In this document: piece after piece, positions 19,054 to 28,621 of the stretch
How positions within the stretch are numbered: position 1 is the stretch's first letter
How the letters are laid out: the number at the start of each line of letters is the position of its first letter
IMG/VR virus record: IMGVR_UViG_3300032116_000250
Location: 1 to 55,587 of that record
Origin: a virus
Taxonomy: Duplodnaviria; Caudoviricetes
Direction: 5' to 3' (one strand)
Length of the DNA stretch: 55,587 nucleotides
Notes under the pieces: model-generated
The model's input: only the letters and a program-made list of their open reading frames with translations
Database searches by the model: none
What the model was told of the DNA's origin: nothing
Program-made: the position numbers and the translations under genes

Positions 19054-19288
19054 ACTGCACTTTGTCGTTCGTACATTCCTCGAAGCGTACCTCAAACTGG
19101 ACGACGCCGACAAGGGTAGCGTCGATGTTCTGATTAGTCTGATCCGCACCGACCCCGACGAGTGCAAGACCGATCCCAGCACGTTCAACGGCATCGTTCA
19201 CACCGTATGGGAAGTCATGGACCGCACCCCACCCCAGCCGCCCATCATCATCTGCGAACGCGACAAGGAGTCCCCCAATGGAAACTAA
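19043..19288 (+). CDS. Hypothetical protein
   Basis: METELHF... after AAGGAG. Confidence 0.65.
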   Translation: METELHFVVRTFLEAYLKLDDADKGSVDVLISLIRTDPDECKTDPSTFNGIVHTVWEVMDRTPPQPPIIICERDKESPNGN

Positions 19289-19640
19289 CCTCCCCGAACT
19301 CTGCCGCCGCGTGTGGGGGAGGGTGCCCGCCGTGATCCCATACGACACCGAAGATCACCTCTCGGTGGTGGTGCCCAAGCGACCGGACGAAGACCCCGTG
19401 TGGTACATCCCCGGCCGCACGCACGCGATCAGCGACGACATGGCCGAGTCCATGATCTGCGATTCGTGCCACATTTGGTTGTTAGATCGTGGGTGTGCCA
19501 CATCTAGCGGCCCCAACTACACCTATCGAGTCTACCCCACCAGTGGCCGAGACTCATGGGAAGTGTGTCATTCTGACCTCACCACCTGCCTCCTCCTCGC
19601 CGTGGAGCGGTGCCATGAGTACAAGGAGTCGAAGCAGTGA
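19278..19640 (+). CDS. Hypothetical protein
   Basis: METNLPE... after AAGGAG. Confidence 0.65.
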   Translation: METNLPELCRRVWGRVPAVIPYDTEDHLSVVVPKRPDEDPVWYIPGRTHAISDDMAESMICDSCHIWLLDRGCATSSGPNYTYRVYPTSGRDSWEVCHSDLTTCLLLAVERCHEYKESKQ

Positions 19641-19834
19641 TTATCGACAAGATCATCGAGCGTGTGAAGTACGCCAACGTCGTCGGGGCCATCGCGGGCA
19701 TGGTCCTCGCAGGCTACCTCTACAAAGTCTTCTACGACCGTGGTGCCATCGCCCACCACGAAGGCCGCGTAGCCGTCACCGTGCTACCGGACGGGTCGAA
19801 GGTGTTGACAACTGTGAAGGAGAACAGCAAGTGA
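19637..19834 (+). CDS. Small membrane protein
   Basis: 65 aa with one hydrophobic segment (VVGAIAGMVLAGYLY). Confidence 0.65.
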   Translation: MIIDKIIERVKYANVVGAIAGMVLAGYLYKVFYDRGAIAHHEGRVAVTVLPDGSKVLTTVKENSK

Positions 19835-20193
19835 AGATCGACGAACTGATCCATGACCTGACCGAACACGCAGACAAGATCACCGACCAGAACTACCGCG
19901 ACGAGGGCCTAGACGTTCGCACTGCCGCCCGCCTCCTCCGCGAGTGCCACGCGGCGGGGTTCATCACGGACAGCGGAGGGGTGAGGAGGGTGCTGGGGAC
20001 GCTGCCGCTTACGGCGGATGGGTGCATCGCCTGCCAAGACTCCGTGATATGGCACCCAACGGACGGGGCGTGCTACCCGGTCCCAGACGGGTTGAACGTA
20101 TCAGCAAAGGTGTACGGCGGTGCAAGACTTGTACCCACCAACGAATGTTTCAAGACCCGCGAAGCCGCCCAGACCGCAAGAGAGAAGAACTAA
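19831..20193 (+). CDS. Hypothetical protein
   Basis: GTG start after AAGGAG. Confidence 0.65.
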   Translation: MKIDELIHDLTEHADKITDQNYRDEGLDVRTAARLLRECHAAGFITDSGGVRRVLGTLPLTADGCIACQDSVIWHPTDGACYPVPDGLNVSAKVYGGARLVPTNECFKTREAAQTAREKN

Positions 20194-20196
20194 CCC

Positions 20197-20874
20197 ATGA
20201 TCACCCATACCACCAGCACCCTCACCTACATCGACCACATGGGCGACGACCGACGCATTGCGGAGGCCGCCTGGGTCTCCAGCAGCAGAGGCTCCAACCG
20301 CACCGACGAAGAGGTCGCCCGCGTCATCCGCTACCTCGCCCGCAACAACCACTGGACCCCCTTCGGCCAAACCAGCATCACCATCCGTTTCCACGTACCC
20401 ATCTTCGTCGCCCGCCAACTCCTGAGGTCAAACGTCGGCATCGTCTGGAACGAAGAATCCCGGCGTTACATCACCAACGAACCCGAGTTCTACATCCCCA
20501 AGTTCAGGGAACGCAGCCCCAGTATGAAGCAGGGCAGCGGCGGACCCCTGGGTGAAGCCCTCAACCAGACCATCGGTACGACCTACCGCGACATGACTGA
20601 ACAAGCCCTGATCTTCTACAACCTCATGCTCCTCCAAGGGGTAGCCCCCGAACAGGCAAGGACAATCCTCCCCCAGAACATGTTCACCAGCATCATGGGA
20701 ACGTTCTCTCTGGCGGCACTCGCGAGGCTCTACTCCCTGCGTTCTCACCCCCACGCCCAGCAGGAAATCCAGGAGGTCGCGGGGTCAATCAACCAACTCA
20801 TGGGAGAACAACCCCTGGGTAATGCCTTCGCCGTGTCCTGGCCCGCCCTCACCACAGGAGCAACCCTTGAGTAA
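20197..20874 (+). CDS. thyX: Flavin-dependent thymidylate synthase
   Basis: HWTPF, VPIFVARQLLR...WNEESRRY, GVAPEQARTILP, LRSHPHAQQEIQ. Confidence 0.92.
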   Translation: MITHTTSTLTYIDHMGDDRRIAEAAWVSSSRGSNRTDEEVARVIRYLARNNHWTPFGQTSITIRFHVPIFVARQLLRSNVGIVWNEESRRYITNEPEFYIPKFRERSPSMKQGSGGPLGEALNQTIGTTYRDMTEQALIFYNLMLLQGVAPEQARTILPQNMFTSIMGTFSLAALARLYSLRSHPHAQQEIQEVAGSINQLMGEQPLGNAFAVSWPALTTGATLE

Positions 20875-21154
20875 AGGCCTCAACACCTCCCACATCTATG
20901 CCCTCATGACGGCCTGTTCCGACCTCGCCGACTGGATCCGCCTGCACCATCCCCAACATGTACGACTTGCCGAATCCAACTTCCTTACCGCTTGGGACAC
21001 CTTTCATGACAGCCAAACCCAAAACCGATATCGTCGGGTTAAGCGACCTAAAGGACCCACCACCCCTGAAAGCCTTAAGGAACCTCCCCAAGAACGAGAC
21101 CCCGACCCAGTTCCTGACCCGCCTGAGGAACCGCCGGGCCCGCCCCCAACCTGA
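20867..21154 (+). CDS. Hypothetical protein
   Basis: TTG start after AGGAG; tail overlaps the next ORF. Confidence 0.5.
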   Translation: MSKGLNTSHIYALMTACSDLADWIRLHHPQHVRLAESNFLTAWDTFHDSQTQNRYRRVKRPKGPTTPESLKEPPQERDPDPVPDPPEEPPGPPPT

Positions 21155-21353
21155 CGGCACCACCTGGTGGCTCTGCAAGGGCTGCTCCATCCCCAAACCC
21201 CCGCTGATGTTCGACAAGAACTACCGCTCCCACAACGGAATCAACTCCATATGCAAAGTCTGCACCAAACTCCGAGCCCCCCGCAAACCCCGGCGTCCTG
21301 CCCCTACTGCCGCCTCAACCGCCAGCACTTCATCGAACTCGTCATCGCCGTGA
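21006..21353 (+). CDS. Zn-finger protein (CxxC...CxxC)
   Basis: CKGCSIPKPPLMFDKNYRSHNGINSICKVC resembles the Zn-binding module found N-terminal in phage HNH proteins; no nuclease domain seen. Confidence 0.6.
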   Translation: MTAKPKTDIVGLSDLKDPPPLKALRNLPKNETPTQFLTRLRNRRARPQPDGTTWWLCKGCSIPKPPLMFDKNYRSHNGINSICKVCTKLRAPRKPRRPAPTAASTASTSSNSSSP

Positions 21354-21589
21354 TGCTGACCTTCACAGGTGCCATCGTGTGTGCCCGCTGGTCACCACCC
21401 ACGATCTTCACCGACATCGCCGCTTACCTCCTCATGCTCACCTCCAGCTTCCTCTTCGGAGCCCTCATCCTCTCGTACAGCATCCACGCACGAAGGTCGG
21501 GGGTGTGTGGTGCGGGCCCTGACGGGGGGCCCGCACCATCTGGTGGTGTGAAAGGTCCAACCCCAAGCCTAACCAAGGAGTCCCCATGA
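21251..21589 (+). CDS. Putative two-TM membrane protein
   Basis: Two hydrophobic segments; start uncertain. Confidence 0.5.
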   Translation: MQSLHQTPSPPQTPASCPYCRLNRQHFIELVIAVMLTFTGAIVCARWSPPTIFTDIAAYLLMLTSSFLFGALILSYSIHARRSGVCGAGPDGGPAPSGGVKGPTPSLTKESP

Positions 21590-21984
21590 ACAATCCCCCC
21601 GACGTCACCATCTCCTACGAACTCGCAGCCCGCATCGACTGGGTCCTCCAGGAGTTCAGCAACGTCCTCGCAAGGGCCGAATCCAGTTCCGGACGCCTCA
21701 TCCAGATGAACGGCTACGTCGCCTCCCTCTCCCTCAAACTCGCCGAATCCGCAGGCTGCCCATCCACCTCCGTCACCGACCCCCTGGTCATTATCATGCG
21801 TGACAAGGTCATCGAGATCTTCACCCGCAAGAACCCCGAGTGCCTCCAGCACGACCGCTTCGCCGACTCCCCCAACAACCTTAACCCGGAGACCTCCCAT
21901 GACAACGCCGAACCCACCGACAGCACCTTCTTCGAGTTCAAACTCACCCGTGACCATCCCCCGGGCCCTTCTCCGCAGGGCTGA
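21586..21984 (+). CDS. Hypothetical protein
   Basis: AAGGAG RBS. Confidence 0.65.
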   Translation: MNNPPDVTISYELAARIDWVLQEFSNVLARAESSSGRLIQMNGYVASLSLKLAESAGCPSTSVTDPLVIIMRDKVIEIFTRKNPECLQHDRFADSPNNLNPETSHDNAEPTDSTFFEFKLTRDHPPGPSPQG

Positions 21985-22231
21985 AGGGTTAGCCACCCAG
22001 TTCCCCTGGGTCGCAGGCCTCGCCACCGGCGAAAACCCCATCAGCAGTTTCAAGGACGACTGGGTAACCAACTTCTCCAGCAGCCATGGCCGCATGATGA
22101 TGCAACGCAACCCCGGGGAAACCTCCGAGATGGCCCACCTCATCTTCGAGATGCACACCCTCATGACCGAGTTGAAGGACCTCAACCGTCAGTACGACCA
22201 GCACAACAAGCTCCTACACAGCGGGATCTAA
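21899..22231 (+). CDS. Hypothetical protein
   Basis: ATG after CCCGGAG RBS; overlaps the upstream gene by 86 bp. Confidence 0.55.
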   Translation: MTTPNPPTAPSSSSNSPVTIPRALLRRAEGLATQFPWVAGLATGENPISSFKDDWVTNFSSSHGRMMMQRNPGETSEMAHLIFEMHTLMTELKDLNRQYDQHNKLLHSGI

Positions 22232-22232
22232 C

Positions 22233-22520
22233 ATGGCAATACTCTGGAAAACCGCTTCCGGCCAACACCTCCTCCTCAAGGAGATGTCCACCGAACACAT
22301 CACCAACACCATCCTCATGTTGATCCGCAAAATCTACAATATCACCAAGAAACGCCCATCCTGGGACATCCGCGATCTCCGTGTGAACGACTACACTTGT
22401 CTTGTCTGGATCCAAGCCTTCCAGCGGGAACTCCGCGACCGTCACGCCCAAGACATCAACATGATGAACTGGGACACTGACAACATGGGTGATGACGACG
22501 ACATCCGCGACGAGCACTAA
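22233..22520 (+). CDS. Hypothetical protein
   Basis: 95 aa; WKTASGQHLLLKEMSTEHITN resembles a common small phage family. Confidence 0.7.
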   Translation: MAILWKTASGQHLLLKEMSTEHITNTILMLIRKIYNITKKRPSWDIRDLRVNDYTCLVWIQAFQRELRDRHAQDINMMNWDTDNMGDDDDIRDEH

Positions 22521-22601
22521 CCAACCTTGATCTCTCTCCTCGCCACCTCCCCCACGTCCAACGATGTGAGGGGAGGTTTATCACATCCAAGGACCTACCC
22601 C

Positions 22602-23975
22602 ATGAACCACCTCCCATGCCCCCTCTGCTCCACAGAACCCCGCATCCCTGAAACCAACAACAAGTGCTACAAGTGCGGCTTCGAGTACGACGACGACGCC
22701 GCCAACTTCATCGCAATCGACCCCAACACCCTCCCCACGGGCGACTCCAACCTCTGGACCCGCATCCACGTGTATGGCATGTCCAGCACCCACAACTCCC
22801 ACCCCGAGTGGCCCCTCTTCAACGGGGTAGCCTCCCTGCTCGCCCACCTCAACCGCATGTACCCCGTACCGCATCCCGCCCTCAAGCGGATCGCTACAAC
22901 AAGTGCCAACTACGTCAGCGACCGAGAGTGCGGCAGGCTGTACGTCAGCAGCAACCCCTGGCTAGGCCTTTCCGAACTTCTCAACAACGTCAGCGACCTT
23001 CCCGACGACGATCTCATCCGCATCGCAAGCTCTCCCACCCCCGTACTTATCCACAGGTACGCCTTCGAGGGGGCCATGTACAACTTCTCCTCCCGTTCCG
23101 TCAAAGGCCTCAACCAAGACCTGGAATCCCGACGTCCAGGTGCCCGAGCCCAAGGCCTCCTCGTCTACAGCAACGAGTACAAGGGTAACTACCGCCTGGG
23201 TCTGAACGCAAGCTCCCTCAAGCGCAATGTCACCCGCAACGCCAACAAAGACGTCAAGAAGTCCCTCGCCAACCATCGCTCCACCCGCATCGACCACTGG
23301 ACCCCCGAGTCCTTCAACACCCTTTACAGATTCTTCGAAGGTATCAACCGCAAGTTCACCTACCTCAAGGAATACCAACCCTACTACCGCAGCTACCACA
23401 ACAAACCCCCCCTCAGCTACAAAGTCACCGACCTCATCGACCTCATGGGAGACCCCCAGACCTACACCACCCGCTGGATCAACGGCACCGACCCCAGCGG
23501 CATCACGAACCTCCAAAGCTGCTTCGCCCGCTACGTCATGAACACCCTACACGCAGCCGACAAACGCCCCGGCCTCCTCAGGTCCATCCACAGGGTCATG
23601 GGCCCCGGCACCCTCGTACTCATGTACGCCATCTACCTCGACGGCTGGGCCCGACGCTACGGTTACCCAGCAGCCCCCCGCTCGGGCGACCCCACAACTT
23701 ATCCCCAATGTGCCCTGCGTTATCTCAACCGCGTGACAACCAGCACCTTGGACACTACAATCCCCGACTGGTGGTCCAAATACATACCCCCTCGCTATAC
23801 CGAGGCCGACCTCCTCAACGACTTCCCCGAACTCAAACCCAAGAAGTCCAAGAGGTCCCTGATAAACAGCACCCTACCAGGCAATGACATCCTCATCGAC
23901 GTCACCCTGAACAGCACACCGGCCCAATGTGGGTCGGATTCCATTGCACCGGAGGCACTGACCTCCACCGTTTGA
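22602..23975 (+). CDS. Hypothetical protein with N-terminal Zn ribbon
   Basis: CPLC...CYKC; ATG after AAGGA. Confidence 0.75.
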   Translation: MNHLPCPLCSTEPRIPETNNKCYKCGFEYDDDAANFIAIDPNTLPTGDSNLWTRIHVYGMSSTHNSHPEWPLFNGVASLLAHLNRMYPVPHPALKRIATTSANYVSDRECGRLYVSSNPWLGLSELLNNVSDLPDDDLIRIASSPTPVLIHRYAFEGAMYNFSSRSVKGLNQDLESRRPGARAQGLLVYSNEYKGNYRLGLNASSLKRNVTRNANKDVKKSLANHRSTRIDHWTPESFNTLYRFFEGINRKFTYLKEYQPYYRSYHNKPPLSYKVTDLIDLMGDPQTYTTRWINGTDPSGITNLQSCFARYVMNTLHAADKRPGLLRSIHRVMGPGTLVLMYAIYLDGWARRYGYPAAPRSGDPTTYPQCALRYLNRVTTSTLDTTIPDWWSKYIPPRYTEADLLNDFPELKPKKSKRSLINSTLPGNDILIDVTLNSTPAQCGSDSIAPEALTSTV

Positions 23976-23988
23976 AGCGAGAACCCCT

Positions 23989-24702
23989 ATGACCGACAGC
24001 ACCACCGTGACCAACGCCACTCCCTCCAACACTCCCTTCAACGGGAACGCCGTGGGCAACAACTCCCAGATGGCGATGCTCAGCAACATCCAACTGGGTG
24101 TTTCCGACATCACCAGCATCGCCACCGCCAAGCAGGAACGCTCCCTCAAGGAGGCCCTCGAAGCCGCCCTCAAGGTCGTCCGTCAGGCCGAGGACCTCCT
24201 CACCAAGTGCCGCAAGCACTACGACACCTACCTCGCCGACCAGGAGGCCGAGGCCCGCCGCATCGTCAAGGGCACCTTCATCAATCTCTACCTCAACGGC
24301 CAGTACGTCGGCATCAACGACAAGACCGCCGACATCACCAACGTGACCTGCCGCACCGTGACCAACAACATCGGCGAGACCATCTACGACCTCTCCGTCA
24401 CTGCCATCTACAAGAGCAAGACCACCAACATCACGTGGTCCGAGACTTTCACCCAGCCCTACCCCACGGCCGAGGTCCGCAAGCTCCAGGGCCTGATCGA
24501 CGACGCCCAGACCAACGTGACCGTCGCCACCCGCGAGGCCACCCGCATCCGCCACCAACTCGCCGACCTCCCGGCTCTGGAACGCCAGGCCAAGGCCGCC
24601 CTCGCGGGTGCCGTCCTCCAGTCCCAGGGCGACAACGGCACTCGTCTCTTCAACGCCGTCACCCAGGGCGACGCCACCAAGGCCCTGCCCCCCGTCTCCT
24701 AA
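23989..24702 (+). CDS. Hypothetical coiled-coil protein
   Basis: 237 aa, strong codon bias. Confidence 0.75.
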   Translation: MTDSTTVTNATPSNTPFNGNAVGNNSQMAMLSNIQLGVSDITSIATAKQERSLKEALEAALKVVRQAEDLLTKCRKHYDTYLADQEAEARRIVKGTFINLYLNGQYVGINDKTADITNVTCRTVTNNIGETIYDLSVTAIYKSKTTNITWSETFTQPYPTAEVRKLQGLIDDAQTNVTVATREATRIRHQLADLPALERQAKAALAGAVLQSQGDNGTRLFNAVTQGDATKALPPVS

Positions 24703-24715
24703 CACAAGGAATCCT

Positions 24716-24868
24716 ATGAGCCAGACCAAAATCGTTTCCTGCACCTGCAAGCACGAGTACCAGGACAAAACCTACGGCCCCTACAAGCGTGTTGCCAACG
24801 CCAAGAAGACCGGCAAGGACTCCAAACCTGAGTACGTCTGCACCGTGTGCACCCGTACCCACTCCTAA
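24716..24868 (+). CDS. Small Zn-ribbon protein
   Basis: MSQTKIVSCTCKHEYQDKTYG...YVCTVC; AAGGA RBS. Confidence 0.7.
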   Translation: MSQTKIVSCTCKHEYQDKTYGPYKRVANAKKTGKDSKPEYVCTVCTRTHS

Positions 24869-24953
24869 GTTCTGAAACCTGACCCCCGGGTCAGATCCCC
24901 CGGCACACCCCAACGGATGTGCCGGGACTTCCCCCCACAACCCGAGAACCAAC

Positions 24954-25274
24954 ATGCCCACCCCCATCACACCCGACGACCTCTACCCCTGGGACCCTGC
25001 CGCACCCCAGTACATCACAACCCGCTTCGCCGACTCCAACCCCGTGGTCCCACTACCCGGACTCCCTTGCATCATCCTCTCGATGGACCTCCCCTACGTC
25101 GCAGTCTCTGTCCTCACTGAGAACGGCACCTTCGAGAACCCCCGGATCCTCGATACCAGGGATATCAAGTTTGCCCGCCTGACCACCGAGTTCGTCGAAC
25201 GCATCACAGCCCACATCCGCTCACCCCATGAATACCCCACTGCCCCAGTTCTACCCCGGGATCAACCCGAGTGA
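24954..25274 (+). CDS. Hypothetical protein
   Basis: 106 aa. Confidence 0.65.
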   Translation: MPTPITPDDLYPWDPAAPQYITTRFADSNPVVPLPGLPCIILSMDLPYVAVSVLTENGTFENPRILDTRDIKFARLTTEFVERITAHIRSPHEYPTAPVLPRDQPE

Positions 25275-26001
25275 AGGCTGCACCCACTGCACCCTCAACA
25301 CCGGCTGCAAACGCCCCGGCATCTCCAGCACCATCAGGGGCCCCTGGGACTCCCACCGCCCCACCCTCTACGTCCTCGGTATGAACCCCGGGCTGGAAGA
25401 AGACACCTACGGCGTCCCCTTCATAGGTCCATCCGGCAAGCTCCTCACCAACACCTACCTCGGGTCCACGGGCATCGACAAGCTCGCCAACATCATCATC
25501 GCCAACACCGCCCGCTGCTACACCAGCACCAAACCTCCCACCGCCAAACAGTTCCGCGAGTGCACCACCCGGTGGAACCTCCCCGAGCTAGCTCATCTGC
25601 ACGGCGTCTCCCGTTCCCTGAGCATACTGGCACTAGGTTCTCACGCCATCGGCACGTTGACCAAACTGTTCGACGGCAAGGCCCTACCCCTGGCAAGTGC
25701 CATCAAGTCCCAACCCCTGAGCATTGCCGTGGGTGACGACAACGTCCCCGTGTTCATTACCTACCACCCCGCCGCACTCCTCCGCGATAACTCCCTGATC
25801 CAGGCCGTGCGTGACCACCTGCACCACCTGCACAATCACCTCCTGGGTCACGAGCCCTTCGCCAGCACCCCCACCATCGTACCTCCAGCACCTCCCCTCA
25901 CGAAGGATGATGACACATGCACACCCCTGGTCCCTGGAAGATCTACACCGCACGATCCGACAACATCTACATCGGAACCATCAACCCTGACCCTGAGCTA
26001 G
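25228..26001 (+). CDS. udg: Uracil-DNA glycosylase, family 4 / SPO1-type (Fe-S)
   Basis: CTHCTL, GMNPGLEED..GVPFIGPSGKLL, NTARC, YHPAALLR. Confidence 0.88.
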   Translation: MNTPLPQFYPGINPSEGCTHCTLNTGCKRPGISSTIRGPWDSHRPTLYVLGMNPGLEEDTYGVPFIGPSGKLLTNTYLGSTGIDKLANIIIANTARCYTSTKPPTAKQFRECTTRWNLPELAHLHGVSRSLSILALGSHAIGTLTKLFDGKALPLASAIKSQPLSIAVGDDNVPVFITYHPAALLRDNSLIQAVRDHLHHLHNHLLGHEPFASTPTIVPPAPPLTKDDDTCTPLVPGRSTPHDPTTSTSEPSTLTLS

Positions 26002-26249
26002 GCTGGAAGCATGACGACATCTGCTACTTCTACGAAGACATCAGTGAACGCGATGAAAACCCCGAGTACCTCAACGCCCCCAATCACCTGGCCAACGCAA
26101 GGTTGATCGCCGCAGCCCCCGACCTCCTCGCCGCCCTGCGTGCCGCATACCCCATGCTGGAAGCGCACGAGCACACCGGCTGTGACTGCCCCGATACCGA
26201 AGCCTCCCGTCTTGCACGTGCCGCCCTCCGCAAGGCCACCTCAGGTTGA
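25917..26249 (+). CDS. Hypothetical phage protein (HTPGPW...ANARLIAAAPDLL family)
   Basis: Widespread phage motif pair recognised. Confidence 0.8.
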   Translation: MHTPGPWKIYTARSDNIYIGTINPDPELGWKHDDICYFYEDISERDENPEYLNAPNHLANARLIAAAPDLLAALRAAYPMLEAHEHTGCDCPDTEASRLARAALRKATSG

Positions 26250-26265
26250 CCCACAGGTTGAACCC

Positions 26266-28314
26266 ATGACGTCCTCACGCCTGATCTCACTGGACACTGA
26301 ATCCTATGGAAGCGTCACCCACACCCACCTCGGTACACCTCTCACCCGGCAAAACCATTTCCATCCTCTGCGATGCATGGTACAAGACCACCCCCCTGGT
26401 CCTGACTATCTCGCTCACACGGTTACCATCACAGAGATACTACATGGTCGAGATCCTGGAGACATCACCCTCTGGGAACCCGGCACCACACAAGTCCTAC
26501 ATCCCTACCTCCCAGGTCATAGAAGAATCCTCATCCAGTGGCTGCGACATGCAACGACAATCCTCGGGACCAATGTACCGTACGACATCAAAATGCTCTG
26601 GGCTGCATTCCCCGAAGTGCGTTCCTCCCTCTCTCGGCTCACCCACCGGTTGGTGGACGTTACAGTCCTGAACTACCTCCACAGCGAACTCCGACCAGAG
26701 CGTTCTTTGAAATCCCTCGGTCCACTGCTGGGTACCCACCGCTACGACCGCACCCTCAACGCCGACGGTCGCTTCCCCCGGCCCAGTGACCCGGCCCACG
26801 AGAGCTACGCCGCCCAGGACTCCCACAACAACATCCTCGCCGCCAACGCCCTCGCAAGAGGCATCCTCAGGGACCACCCGGGTAGTGCCAAGCTCACCCC
26901 CTACTCCCAGAACTTCTACAGCAACACCCTCTGGACCTGTATCGAGATGTCATACGCCGGGGTCCCCTTCGTAGGGTCCAAGCTCACCAAGCTCCACGAG
27001 GACATGCTCGCGAAGCACTCCACCCTCGGTGAGGCCCTCCGCCCCTACGACCTCCACCCCGACGGCCCCGAACCCCAGATCCGCAGGAACAAATTCCTGA
27101 CCCAGTGCGTGGACCAACTCGTCGAGCACAACCCTACCGCCATGGACCGTCTGGAACTCACCGACAAGACCAAGGCCATCCGCTTCAGCAGTGCCAACAG
27201 GTCCATCCTTCGTACGAGCATCCCCCAGAACTCGCCCCTCCAGCAGGCACTCACCCTGTTCGATGAGTTCAGCTACGCCGACAAACTCCTCGGCACCTAC
27301 ACCTGGAAACGCCTGCACCACAAACGCAAGGACCCCACCAACCAGCGGGACAAACTCCTTCCCCACCCTACCTTCCCCGATACATTGATGGCGTACCCCT
27401 CATGGTACCCCACACCTGCTCCCGAGAAGGACGGGCAGGGCGATGAAGGTGGTACCAAGCAGGCCCGCATCACCGCAAAGTATCCAACCTTGCAGACCGA
27501 CCCCCCGGAACTCCAAGCCTGCCTCCAACCCCTCATCTCCTGCGACCTCTCCCAGATCGAACTGCGTGTACCTGGCATCCTCTCCGGTGAGCCCGCCATG
27601 CTCCGTGCGTACAACGAGGGCATCGACCTCCACTACGAACGCGGCGACTCCATGGCGGCGATATTGCTTGACTACAACCCCGAGATGTACCACGAGCTGC
27701 TCACCAAACTGGGTGATAAGTTCCGCAAGGTCTTCCGTCAGGGTGGCAAGGGCATCAACTTCGCCGACCTCTTCTGGAGTTCAGCAGCCACCATGCAAGC
27801 CCAGGTCGCAGGGCTCATGGGCATCGTCCTGCCCCTTGACTTCTTCCAACGCATCGCCGACAACAGGTCCAAAGACCGACCCGTCCTGTACGCCTGGCAG
27901 GAATCCCTGGTACGTGAGGCCCACAGCACCAACAAGCTCACCCTACCCCTGGTCGGGCAGTCCCGTTACTTCTGGCCCAAACAGAAGAAGGGTCGTCGCA
28001 CCGCGTGGCCCACCAACGAGATCGTGAACTTCCCCGTACAAGCCACCGCAGGCAACGTCATGCTCGACTTCCAGTCCCGGGTCCAGACCCACTTCCTACA
28101 GCACAACCTCCCCTACCGCGTGTGCCTCAACATCTACGACGCCTTCTACATACGGCATCTCTTGAGGCCAACGTTCACGGGGTCTGAGAGCACCCGCATC
28201 ACAGGCATCATCAACGAGTGCCTCCACGAGGTTACTACCCGGGGGTACTGGCATGACCTCCAGCAGCACTACGGCCGCACCCTCCCCCTCGTTATTGAGA
28301 TCAAAACCCCATGA
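26266..28314 (+). CDS. polA: Family A DNA polymerase with 3'-5' exonuclease, divergent motifs
   Basis: ExoI SLDTE, ExoII GTNVPYD, ExoIII YAAQD; motif A DLSQIELRV, motif B RQGGKGINF, NFPVQATA, motif C NIYDA. Confidence 0.88.
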   Translation: MTSSRLISLDTESYGSVTHTHLGTPLTRQNHFHPLRCMVQDHPPGPDYLAHTVTITEILHGRDPGDITLWEPGTTQVLHPYLPGHRRILIQWLRHATTILGTNVPYDIKMLWAAFPEVRSSLSRLTHRLVDVTVLNYLHSELRPERSLKSLGPLLGTHRYDRTLNADGRFPRPSDPAHESYAAQDSHNNILAANALARGILRDHPGSAKLTPYSQNFYSNTLWTCIEMSYAGVPFVGSKLTKLHEDMLAKHSTLGEALRPYDLHPDGPEPQIRRNKFLTQCVDQLVEHNPTAMDRLELTDKTKAIRFSSANRSILRTSIPQNSPLQQALTLFDEFSYADKLLGTYTWKRLHHKRKDPTNQRDKLLPHPTFPDTLMAYPSWYPTPAPEKDGQGDEGGTKQARITAKYPTLQTDPPELQACLQPLISCDLSQIELRVPGILSGEPAMLRAYNEGIDLHYERGDSMAAILLDYNPEMYHELLTKLGDKFRKVFRQGGKGINFADLFWSSAATMQAQVAGLMGIVLPLDFFQRIADNRSKDRPVLYAWQESLVREAHSTNKLTLPLVGQSRYFWPKQKKGRRTAWPTNEIVNFPVQATAGNVMLDFQSRVQTHFLQHNLPYRVCLNIYDAFYIRHLLRPTFTGSESTRITGIINECLHEVTTRGYWHDLQQHYGRTLPLVIEIKTP

Positions 28315-28556
28315 GCCACATCAAACCCACCCGTACTTACTACTACGAGATTATCGACATGTACAACCACGAGCGTGTGCATGATGGCTACTACGCCACC
28401 CACTATGAAGCCCTCCTCGGGTGGTTCGACAGGTCCAATATACCCGCTATCCACCCCGTCACCTACAAACGCATCAAAAGGTCTCACGTCTACAGCATGA
28501 CAGTCCACGGCAAACCCCTCGCCCTCATCGTCCGCAGGTCCAAGAACACCCACTAG
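28311..28556 (+). CDS. Hypothetical protein
   Basis: 81 aa, ATGA overlap. Confidence 0.6.
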   Translation: MSHIKPTRTYYYEIIDMYNHERVHDGYYATHYEALLGWFDRSNIPAIHPVTYKRIKRSHVYSMTVHGKPLALIVRRSKNTH

Positions 28557-28621
28557 GTCATCCACCTCAACCATGTGAGGGGAGGTACCCCGGGTCTGAC
28601 CGCTGAGGTCTATACTGACCC

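Noticed and set aside
20197-26001. Uracil-containing or Z-base genome
   Set aside because: ThyX and UDG argue for thymine DNA; no PurZ or other base-modification enzymes recognised.
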